DNA of 64,000 nt from Epiperipatus broadwayi (taxonomy: Eukaryota; Animalia; Onychophora). The DNA lies in NCBI GenBank assembly GCA_028023455.1, contig JAQFVV010000008.1, positions 9,052,001 to 9,116,000 of the forward strand, read 5' to 3'. The notes beneath the pieces were generated by a model. It was not told the DNA's origin and did no database searches. It worked only from the letters and a program-made list of their open reading frames with translations. Shown here piece by piece: positions 52,376 to 64,000 of the stretch; position 1 is the first letter of the stretch, and each line of letters begins with the position of its first letter. Position numbers and translations under genes: made by a program.

Positions 52376-53869
52376 TTGAGGTCTTAGAATTTGGAATTAT
52401 TTAAATATGTATGTTTATTGTGTCTGTTCATATAATGAAACTAATTTCTTACCAGAATTACTTGCAAAGACATTATTGACTAGAAATTATAGTGAATCAT
52501 CCCTAATATTATTAGCCACTCTTCAATAAATATGGCCATTTTAACTTCAGATAGAGAGAAGAAGAAAAAATAAATAAATTATCTCTCCTAGAGACAAGTT
52601 TTGAGAATAATAATTATATCTACATGAATCATGCTGGTGTTAAAATCTGTTTATTTGATATTTATTATTCTATTTTTTAAGATCTAAAGCACATTTTTCT
52701 TTCTGAAAGATTTCAATACTTTTTTTAATTGCAACTCACCATTAGATCCTATCTTAGCTATATCTTTTTAATGCAAGCAAATATAAATGGTTATATTTTT
52801 TGCCCTCATGAAAACTTTCCTCAAGTATAGGAAATCTGGCCTATTCATTTCATATGATCAATCAATTGACGATGCTACTGTAAAATATGGGATTCAGAAC
52901 TATTACAGTTATTGAGCTGATGATCATATAGATTAGTCTTTTCAAACTTGCTATCATATTTTCATAGCAATCTTGGGTGAAATTTTTATTGTCTTTATGT
53001 TATTTCAATAGAAGGTCCAAACCTAAATTGTTTAGTGCAGTTGAGGAGTATCTAACAAGATTTAAAAATTCATGGATTGTCTCTGCCATTTTCAATTCTC
53101 AAATGTCACCTGACCTCCCCAGACAACAAATCATTTAATTATTTCTACAACAAGTCTATAATTTATTTTAATTCTGTAAATTTGTCAGAAGGTAAGTGCT
53201 ATATACAATTAATTCATTCTTTGTTTTAATTTGTTAAATGCAATTCAGTGAAGTCTATTTTGCACCAAAACATTTAAATCTGTCTTTCTATCTAATGAAC
53301 AATAAAAATATTTAGATTAACAAGATAATAGACAACTAAATTAAAAGTTTATGGTTTGTTTTTTTTTTATTAGCACATAAGTTGAACTTCAGATATGAAG
53401 GTTAAATGCGAATAATAAATAAACAATGTCTGACCAAAAGCAACTTCTGCTGCTTGTGGGATAGGATTTTGGTTCTTCACTAATTAAATGTCTTTATAGA
53501 TTGCATCCTAAATTGTATCACCTTATAGCTCAGTCTTCAAATTGGCAAGAGTAGCAATGTAAGAAATTTACGCTTTTGCTTTGCCTAAATCAGTTCATAT
53601 TAATCATTTCACCACCAAATCTATAACACATTTGACACCTTTTTGAAGCCATTATCTATAAATATTTTAAAAGCTCTTATTTAGAGTCTGTACACAGATA
53701 TTTCAGTGCTTATATAAAAGTATAAATTATTATTCCTGAGGTAGAATAAATAAATAATCATATCAAAGTTTAAACAAAACTAGATTTAGATAGTATTTAA
53801 GTTTATATACTTTTATTTTAATTATGTCTTATTTATAAATAAATTGTTGCTTATATAATTTATGCAGTA

Positions 53870-54260
53870 GCAAACTCTCCAGACAGTAGTGCCACCATGT
53901 GCAAGCCTTAGTAATCAATGGCTGCAGGAAGGTTTGTGCATAAAATCCTCATCTAGTGCCTACTCATCCAATACCCTGACTAATTTCTAGCTTGTGGGAT
54001 TTTACACACAAACCTTCCTGCATTCATTAATTACCAAGATTTGCACTAATTGGCACTACTGTCTGGAGAGTTTGGGATGGAGCAGAATATGGGAAAACTT
54101 AGACTGGTGAATGTAAAATAAAGTAGCTAACAGGTTTCTCTGGGCATAATTGCTTAGAGATTCTTGCCTTCATTTAAGGAGAAGCTACAGTACATCACAT
54201 TACTGCTAATAACAGCTTATGTAAGCATAGGAAATGGTGATCATGTGATGTTTTTGGTGG
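53870..54260. mobile_element. Family B inverted insertion interrupted by a LINE 3' fragment
   Basis: Arm 53870-53998, inverted arm 53999-54074, LINE fragment 54075-54200 (+), family B resumes ~54205-54260. Confidence 0.7.
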
Positions 54261-54689
54261 TTTTATATAAAGTATGTAAGGACTTCCTTGATTCAAATTC
54301 TAGTTAGTTAAAACTTTTTAAAAAATTTTAGTTTCAACAAGATTTAAGATTTTTTTTTTTTTCACGTAGCAGTCTCATAACTAGAGGATTGAACAAGGAT
54401 GGGAAAATGTTCAACCTTCAACAATCTGAAAGGTTAATGAGTAATATTCTCATTAATCCTTTAGGGAATTATTGGAGAAATTATTTTTACCTACATATAA
54501 AATTCATTAATTATTCGCATTTAAAAAAAGAGAAGCAAATATTAATTTAAACTGCGCTGGTTCTCCAATATATAGGAATAAATAATAAACTCAATGAAAA
54601 ATGAATGTAATTAATCATAATTAAAAATGCAGTTGCAATCTTAATTGCTTTCCTTCCTAATAGATGGCGATCTGCTTATTCTAATTTAA

Positions 54690-54952
54690 ATGGGAGAATA
54701 GGTATGAACAAAGTGACTATACAGAAAGTGAGTTATTAGTTTTTATGCTGGGTTTGCGAAAAGATAAGGGGGGATTTAGATATAAAGACCATAGAGTTGA
54801 CAAAGATTATGTTGTGTAAATGGGATGGGGCAGAATATGGGAAGACTTACAGTGGGGAATGGAAAATAAAGTGGCTAACAGTTTTATCTGGGCATAATTG
54901 CTGAGATATTCTTGACTTCGTTTAAGGAGAAGCCAAATACATCACATCATCA
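54690..54952 (+). mobile_element. 3'-end fragment of the CATCA-tail LINE family
   Basis: Homologous to the reverse complement of 49463-49707, ends catcacatcatca. Confidence 0.85.
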
Positions 54953-55362
54953 ATAAAAATTTATTTATAGATAATTCAACGTACTACAATTTTTTTAATA
55001 AAATACCTCCGTGGTTTAGTGCAGTTGTAAATTAGCAGTCTTTGATTAAGGTCCATGAATCAAGCTATGTTTATTTCCGATTTTCAAAGGTCTTATTAAC
55101 TCGTGCATTAGGCCATCCGATCGTTTTTTAATACTTAATAGCTCAAATAAAGAATAAAAATTTTATGGAAAAAAAAGTTAATTTTAAATCTATAATTTTT
55201 TGCATTTTTGAAAATTAATTATCAGTGCTATGAAATATAGTATTTTATATACAAGTTAAACAATTGTCTGAAAAACAGATTTGTTAATTCCAATAAGCAG
55301 ACTATCATTATATGATATCATCATCATGTTGGGATTCCATGCGTTTTTTTAAATTGACTTGA

Positions 55363-55835
55363 AACCCACAGGCTTATTATAAACCTGTGTCTATATATGT
55401 AATATGTAGGATATATGAGCACAGACTTTCACACCAAACACCACTCTCCACACTATCTCATAACACTGATACACTCGAACACATATATGTTGAAAAGATA
55501 AATAATCACCAATATACATATTTCATGCTAAACCAGCAATCATCAATTCTCTACACATATATGGTATAAGTGATCAGATATATATTAAGATAGCCAAACC
55601 TCATACTTTAATGGACAGGCTTCAATCTACTCCAACTCTTCAACCATCCATCCAATTGAAAATCTGATGATGGAATGCTCAAAGGCCACCCCGAGGCTGA
55701 GATTCTTGTCACACCCATGTTGACCTAAAGTCAGTCTGACCCCTCATGTATAGGACATAATCCATTTAACAGTGTTATGAGATAGTGTGGAGAGTGGTGG
55801 GTGGTGTGAAACTCTGTGCTCATATACCCTATATA
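55363..55835. mobile_element. Family A hammerhead-repeat insertion, inverted arms
   Basis: Arm 55363-~55768 plus inverted arm to 55835. 14-bp TSD ttaaattgacttga at 55349-55362 and 55836-55849. Hammerhead degenerate. Confidence 0.85.
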
Positions 55836-58800
55836 TTAAATTGACTTGATAAATATTTTTTGCTTTGCGCTTAAGAATTTTATAACGGATTTCATTTATA
55901 TCATCTATTATATTTTTTATTTTATTTTTTCACATGCCTTTCATTGCTTCTTAAGATATTTTTTTCTTTTTAATTTCATCAGCAAATTATTTTTTTCACA
56001 AATCTTTTTTTTTATATCAGTCTTGCTAATCTTAGAAATTCTAATTAATTATTTCCACCTTCCTTCAAAGTCACACCTTGAGAAGCTTCAAATTATTATT
56101 CTGCTATTTAATAACCAAGTTTATAATTCACATAAAGCCACATACTATATTGTCTGCAATAATTCAAAATATAACAGGCCACAAAGTTATCTGAGTTTTT
56201 ATTTTTTATTAAATGCTTGTTTATACCAAAACAGAGCATCACATTATTGTAGTATACATGCAATAACTGCTCACCTAGCAGTAATACATTCTATGTCATG
56301 CTTCTCTAGAGTCATGTATGTAAGCATGAGGATTCTATGAACATTATTGTAGTCCAGTAGTTAGATCCCCAGATACATTTCTAGCTATTAAACTTTTATG
56401 AATGAGTAGCACCAGATATTAATTCTTTCAACATACACCTTTACTTCTTTTATATTAATTAACCTTTATCAAATTGTAAATGTAGGCATGAAAATTTCAG
56501 GTGAATGATATTTCTAGCCCACGTTATGAACAAAGATTGTTAAAATGCATGCATAGTGCAAGAGGATGTCTGACTTTCTGCACAGATAGATGTTTGTGAA
56601 ATGATGGAATTGATGAAGGTGTACTGAAAATAATAATATCCTGTAAGTTTCAACACCCTAAAGTTTTGAACCCAATCCAATTTTCTTGTCTAGCTATATA
56701 AACCTGATATTAGATTAGCAAACATATAGTATCTTCTTTTATGAAGTAATGACCTGTACTTGGGGATTCTTTGGCAAATGATTGGGACATAAAATAATAA
56801 AAGCATGACAAATCTTCTAGCTTACATTTTACATATATATTAATAATCACAACTTACTCTAGCTGCCTATGTAAACAAAAAGAATAAATGTTCCCTAAAT
56901 GATAGTACCAAGATATGGTAATCCCAAGCAAAGAAAAGTGATTTATACATGTGTAAATGAAACCTTTAAAAAAACTTATTCACCACTGTAATTCTTATTT
57001 TAATTTATTTATTCTTTTTATTATCACTGATCTAATCTCTCAGCCATCCCCAAACATTCACCTGTTTTATAAACATTTTTATCTTTTATTATTTGTTCAT
57101 ATCATTTTAGTTTTATTTACATTTATTTTTACGCCAAGTTTATTTAAACCATTAATCTGTTAATTTTATTAAATTTAACCTCACTATTATGTGTATTTTA
57201 AAAGTTACATTTAAAAATCCATCTAAAAATTTAAATGAAAGGATTGAAATCTTAATGACAAGACTTCTTTTTTTTTTTAAAAAAAATTGATTTTTTTTTT
57301 TTATTCATTATTATTTTTAAAAACGAGCTGTTTTCAAAAAATAGCCAACAGTTAGTATCTCATCGTGGAAATGATATTAATGAACAGTTACAATTACTAG
57401 AATACTAATATAATTTAATCTTCTACTAGAATTATAATTTGTAAAAAAAGAAATGTACTTTTTTATCATGAACAACATAAATCCAAACATTTAAAAAAAA
57501 TATTTTATTCTAATAAAAATATTTTTCATTGCTTGTTGTGTAACTATATACAAAATTTAAATCTCTTGTAGTTTTAATAATATTTTATTTAAAAAATTTT
57601 CTTAAAATAATTTCTATAGCATGTTTGAATAATTGGATACAAGGCTAAACAAATCCAAAGTTTTAATATGGACTTTTTCCCTAAAAAAAAAATGTTAATA
57701 CATTTAACAAATTAATTACTATACAGTATATAAAATTATTAATATATGAAATATTTAAATAGATTTTTATATTAATATGTAACTGTGATTAAATTACAAT
57801 GATGACAATATTTGTTTTAAAAATTAAAAATCGTACTATAGGAGTAAGTTAATTTTTTAATATGTAAAACTTACAATATATATATATTGATTAGCCAAAA
57901 ATTTCTTTAGTATAACTTTTTTTAAAAATTAATTAACTTACAGCAGCTGCCATGATGTCTTACCATCTGAAATTTTAAGAAAAGAAAATAAGAATGTATT
58001 TTTATTGTCAAATTTAGATAGTATTATATAACATATATATATACATACTTTTCTCTTGCATATGAGAACTTGATATATGAGAATTTAACATAGTATATAT
58101 CATCAGTTTCTATTCACTACTTTGGTTAACAAAAATACATTTTCCATAGTGAATTATAAACAATTCTCTTCTTTTTTTAAATAAAATAAATATAGACTAT
58201 TTTTTTTAATGGTGGCCATTTTTAAAGTCCTACTGTACTATGGTCATAAAAGAAGTGTCATCCTGTAAGACAAAATAACAAGATTTATGCCAAGGAAAAA
58301 AAAGTAAAGATATAGTCATTATGCAATTAAAAATATTTTAATTATGTAATATACAACAATAAAATGCACTTAAACTAATAAAAAATATTTAATTATCTAA
58401 GTAATTGTCATTCAGTTTCCTTGTGGTACAGCTTGTGACATATCCAAGTTAACAAAAGATAGGTAGGGTGAGTTTAATATAATAAATAGTAAACAAACTC
58501 ACAAAAGTACACAAACTTTGATTATATACACTAACAAACTGCATTAAAAGTATATTGAAAATATGATTTATTTACTTTATTTTTATTCAGTATTCTCATT
58601 ACTCAGTCTAATAACTTTTCTAACATATCCAAGATAAGAGATGCTTTCATTTCAAACAACAGAAAGGAGATGAGAAAAAAATACAAATTTCATTCAATAT
58701 ATATTTAAAAACAAACTTTGATCATGTATAACAATGAAGTGCACCAAAATACATTGAAAAATATATACATTAGCTAAATTGTGATTTAGTTAATTAATTT

Positions 58801-60285
58801 TTATTTAATAATCTCATATTCCTAAATTCAAAGTGATGTTATTATAAATCTAAGAAAGTTTGGCAACAAAATAAAAAAATAATTGCAAGCTTTATGTATT
58901 TAATATTAAAATTAAACTGAGAGAGTGCAAACCTCTCAAGCGCTTAGCCAATCAGATCACAAATATTGAGACAGAGAATTTAACAAGAAAAGAGTGGTTC
59001 CACTCTCTTCTTTACTTGTCTTTCTATATATACAAGCCAGTCCAAAGTACTTAGATCTGAAAGCGTGAATCTTAAATATCTTCACACTCAACTCACTGAG
59101 TTCTAATTATATTAAACTTTATATGATATTAAAATGCATTAAAAATAAATTGAAGAATATTTATTAACTTAATTTTTGTTTAATTGGATTGTCTCCACCA
59201 ATACAATAAAATTGCTAAGTCATTCCAAGCAAATGATTATAGTACTTTTAAAAATATGACATTATCCCTCCATTAAAAAGTGCGCAAAACTACTATCTTC
59301 TATTTAAAGTATTATGTTCTTTTAAACTTAAAAGTTCTAAATATTAGATTCAACACTGCAAACACAGAAGTATTTTTTTAATTTATCTTTTTTTTTTTTT
59401 TTTTTTTGGCAAAAATTATAATAATCATGCTTTGATAGTAGAAATTTGGCAGCTTTTACACACTGATGATAAACAAAAATATTAATATTCAAAAAATACA
59501 GTTGAATGTGATATTATTAAATAATATTTTTTAGTCCTAAATAATTTTATATAAATAATATAAGTCTATAAATTTAAAAAATAAACAAAACTTCAGTAGA
59601 ATTTTATGTTGTATGGTGAAAAAGTTTTATGTGAGAATGCAAATAAAAAAATTATGGTTTACTTGCCATCTCATGGCCTGTATGCTATATATTTATAACA
59701 ATGAAAAATTATTTTCTAGTATTTTGTGATTTTTTTAACATAATTTTTATTATTTGTACCATTTTTAAAGAGTATTTTAATGCAACTTTATTAATTATAT
59801 TAATTGGAATTATTGCAGTCATTAAATTTAACATTGCCATAAAAAAAAAAAAAATTAAGAAATGCTCTGAACTTGGAAACTAAAATAAATATTTTATGTT
59901 GACTACAAAAAATCATGATATCTTCTCATAATGGATTTGTCTTTTAAACAGTGCCAAATCATCATAAGTGTATCAAAGCTGCCAAAAGGCATCTCCTTCA
60001 TAAGAAATTAGAGAAAATTCTGCTGCAATAGATTAATTCATATGACTAATGTGAGAACTCAAGGTCATTTTTTTATTAATTTAGTACAAGGCAATGTAAT
60101 TGTTTTATTAAACCACTAAACATCACATGATCACTATCTCATACTAGCACAATAATTGTTATTAAACAATTCAAAACAAAACAACACTCTCCATATAGTA
60201 GTGCCATCTTGTGCTAACAAGAGCAATCAATGGATGCCAGAAGGCTTGTGCATAAAATCCCTATCCAATGCCTACTCATCCAATA

Positions 60286-60327
60286 TCCCCAGACTAGTTT
60301 CTGGCTTGTGGCCTTCATCAGTGAGGA
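60286..60327 (-). ncRNA. Minimal type I hammerhead ribozyme (family B)
   Basis: Reverse complement TCCTCA-CTGATGA-A-GGC(CACAA)GCC-A-GAAA-CTAG-TC^-TGGGGA. Helix I is extended by ATCCAA/TTGGAT. Confidence 0.8.
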
Positions 60328-61490
60328 GCCTTGGATCTGAGAGCTCTGCACCTAGATCTTAGGATCTAATGCAACCCTCCAGCACCCACCTTTTAACTCT
60401 ATTTAACTACACAACTATGAGAATGAAATTGAAAACACTATTAATATTTTCAATCCAAGCTCAATAGCTTATATAGCATATGGCTGAACTCAATTCAGCA
60501 CCCATACATTTTTTCTTTCCTTTAACAACCATAGCCACCATTATCCTATTAGGCAGGATTGGTTAAACCACTAAACATCACATGACACTATCTCATACTA
60601 GCACAATAATTGTTATTAAACAATTCAAAACAAAACACACTCTCCATATATAATCTTCTAACAAACAATAATGAAGAGTTCATAAAATCCCTATCCAATC
60701 CTACTCACCAATATCCCCAGACTGTTTTTCTCATCCTGAGGACTTATTAGATCACCTAGATCTTAGGACTAACAACCCTCACCCACCTTTTAACCTATTT
60801 AACTCACAACTATGAGAATGAAATTGAAAACACTATTAATATTTTCAACAACTCAATACTATATGCATATCTAACTCAATTCACACCATACATTTTTTTC
60901 TCTTTAACAACCATACCACCATATCCTATTAGGAGGATGTAAACCACTAAACACACAACACACCATACTAGCCAAAAGTATTAAACAATTCAAAACAAAA
61001 CAACACTCTCCATAAGTACTTGCTAACAGAACAAACAAAAAAACCTACCCCTACCACCAAATCCCAGACTATTTTTCCTTCATCAGTGAGGAGCCTTGGA
61101 TCTGAGACACTGCACCTAGATCTTAGGATCTATGCAACCCTCCAGCACCCACCTTTTAACTCTATTTAACTCACAACTATGAGAATGAAATTTAAAACAC
61201 TATTAATATTTTCAATCCAAGCTCAATAGCTTATATAGTCATATGGGCAACTCAATTCAGCACCCATACATTTTGGTGCTTTGGTTTAACAACCATAGCC
61301 CCATTATCCTATTAGGCAGGATTGGTGTTAAACCACTAAACATCACATGATCACTATCTCAACTGCACAATAATTGTTATTAAACAATTCAAAACAAAAC
61401 AACACTCTCCTATAGGGCATCTTGTGCTAACAAGAGCAACAATGGATGCCAGAAGGCTTGTGATAAAACCCTATCCAACCTCTCATCCAA

Positions 61491-61532
61491 TCCCCAGACT
61501 AGTTTCTGGCTTGTGGCCTTCATCAGTGAGGA
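61491..61532 (-). ncRNA. Minimal type I hammerhead ribozyme (family B)
   Basis: Identical core to 60286-60327. Confidence 0.8.
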
Positions 61533-64000
61533 GCCTTGGATCTGTTTGTTTGATATATGACAAAAAGTGATTGATGCAGGTGATGAAAATGCCCAAAATT
61601 TGGAATTCATAGCAAGTTGTGGATAATTTGTAGGATACTGAATTTAGAGATTTTTGCACAACTTAAAAATTACAGGAATAATTTCAGCAGACAGTGATGA
61701 AATTGTCTGTTTTCTACTTGAGTATTCAGGAAAGAGGAGACTTTTTTTGATAAAGTATGCCTCATGCAATGTCAATTCAGAAGAAGAAAACAAAAATCAC
61801 AGATTTTGAATCTTATTCTAAGAATTATCTGCATTATTGTTTTGAGGAAACATGGAAGCCAATGCAAAACTAAAGCCTCTTTATCTATTACTTAGAAAAT
61901 TCATATGCCTTTAAATGTCTCAAATAATAAATCATGAATAACAAGGGATATTTTTATGGAATACATGCAAGTGTATCTCTAATCTTCCACAACAAAAACT
62001 GCAAGAATAACTATTTCTTAGACAAAAGTTTATTGTTAATAAACCATTCAACTGTATGTCTAAAAATCATCTTAGATTATGCATGCAAAAATCAAACTTA
62101 TTTTTCTACTACTGAACATGACATTAATTCTTCAATTTATTTGGTTAGAGATACTGAAAAAGTCACTCACAACTCTGAAAAACTTTTGATATAAAAACCA
62201 TTGAATTTTAAGAAAATCTTGAATTAAGACATTAAATACATGTAAAATAAAATCTGTTCACAACTCATTATTTATCAATGTTAAAAAGGTCTTTCTAACT
62301 ATGAAAAAGCATATTTGACCTAGCAAAGAAGGCAAGATTTATGGGTTGATGATAACTTTTGAATTGCATACAAAAGAATTAAACAATGAGTAATTAATAC
62401 ATTTGGATAAAAAAAAAAGATATGGAAGAAAAAAAATCAACAAATCTGCAGAGGAAAGTTTTACATTAAAAAGATTAACTACATTTTGAATGAATTCAAT
62501 CCTGACTTGGAATGCAGTATCAAATATGGAAATGTCAAGTGAAAATTAAAGAAACTATCCATTCTAAACTTTTTTCTAGAGATACCAATTAACAATATCT
62601 GATAAATCTCTTCCAAAGAAACCAATACTAGCAAGAAATTCAGAAGGTAGTGATGGAATCATAAAATAACCAGATAATAAAGGATGACTCAGAAGACAAC
62701 TATGAATGAATCATAATTCTGAAGACTTTGATAGAACAACTAAACTATGTGGTAAATTTCCCTCTTAGATTTAAGTTGTATTCTTATAAGCATACACAAA
62801 GTAATTTACACAAATATTTGCACAAACATTAGTGTGTATATTATGCTATGTTTTGAATTTATAGTAAGAAACTAAATTTTTACCATAAAAAACTTAAAAT
62901 TAATTTCTTTTTTTGTAATGAGAGTCGAGATTTATAAAGGGTTTTGGAGAATCAATTGTCCTCAATATTTAGAGTAAAGCTATATAAATAGTGTCCTCAT
63001 ATATGCAATTTCAGTTAATTGTGTTTTTAAAAAATATTAAAATAAATTATATTTTTTTTTACATTTAATTTTTTTCAGCTCAAGTACATATAAAATATGC
63101 ATTTATACATATATATATATATATATTGTAGCATTTTGACTTGAATTTAAACTTGATGACATTATCTATATAAAAAAATTGTTAGCTTATTTGTTTTATT
63201 TTAATTCTAGGATTATATAAATTAATTTAAAATAATTTACCTTGTTATTAATGTAATATTTACTAAGGCTGTAACCTCAAGAATGTGCTTGTAAAAATGC
63301 GATAGTGGGGGATCTCTACAGGTCTTGACCACAAGCTTACGTTTTGGAAGAAAAGATGGTAATTTTGATAACACATTGTAATGTAAAATGGCCATACATA
63401 TTTTAATAAGTGATGTATCAAAATTTATTATTTTTATTTTATTTCATGGCAAAATTTAAAGATTAATATCTTTTCTTATTCTTAGAATGATATGATAAAC
63501 TTAATGATATATATATATATTGTAACTTTGCAATTGGGCTTGATGTTCATCAAGTAATATTTTATCAATCCATGATTTAAAATTTTAATCAACTGTAACC
63601 TTAATTATTTAAATCTATTGTTTGAATCAGTGGTGTGGTCCAATGGCTATTAATTTTATTGGATGGGAATAGGGAAAATTGATAAATAAATATCTCTGAG
63701 ATAGTAAATAATCAGATTGTTCAATAAATATGTCAGCTCAGCCAGATTGTGTGTGGGCATGCTCACATACAATTTGACATAAATTAGTTTCCATATTTAT
63801 AATATAATAATATAACATTACTTTAAATAAAGCCATAAAATTACTTTTATATTTTTACTGTTAAATAATAGTTTATCAACAGACTTAAGATTATAATTAT
63901 TTTTAAACTAAACAATATAATTAATCATTAAATGTTTTTTACATATTCTAAAATATTATGAAAGAGTTCAATTAATTATAATCCAAGTGGAGATTTTCTA

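Larger units (their letters stand above)
60110..61544 (-). mobile_element. Family B head-to-tail array (about 3.5 units)
   Basis: Unit starts aaaccactaaaca at 60110, 60565, 60941 and 61330. Middle units are riddled with small deletions. Confidence 0.9.

Overview
Very AT-rich metazoan (probably arthropod; host is inference) genomic DNA with one recognisable gene and a dense load of mobile DNA. (1) A + strand, multi-exon gene for the histone mRNA stem-loop binding protein (SLBP). Supported coding exons run from 15860 to 35240 and include the DWxxxxE motif, the RNA-binding domain ([12 protein letters not shown]...HPTTPNKY...SRRSWD...LW...LH.YDPP) and an acidic C-terminus. The gene has a tandemly duplicated 99-nt exon, only phase-2 introns, one GC-AG intron ending at a NAGNAG acceptor, and a probable promoter/5' end near 0.6-1.7 kb. 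(2) The main non-obvious system is three sequence-unrelated families (A ~480 nt, B ~455 nt, C 435 nt monomers) of non-coding tandem repeats. Each carries a minimal type I hammerhead ribozyme with a palindromic helix III, i.e. they look like retrozymes or non-autonomous Penelope-like elements. Nine insertions cover roughly 7.4 kb. Seven are divergent inverted arrays, and five of these have clear 13-14 bp target-site duplications. Their two outer ends sit at similar distances (about 100-120 and 150-180 nt) downstream of the predicted cleavage site in all three families. Several hammerheads lie in sense orientation in SLBP introns or probable introns. Two more hammerhead-like motifs (18.2 kb variant, 52.1 kb relic) suggest further families. 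(3) LINE copies with a (CATCA)n tail, and remnants of pogo/Tigger, piggyBac, mariner, hAT and RTE-like elements. No tRNA, rRNA or CRISPR array is supported. All structures were read by eye and no folding or database search was run.
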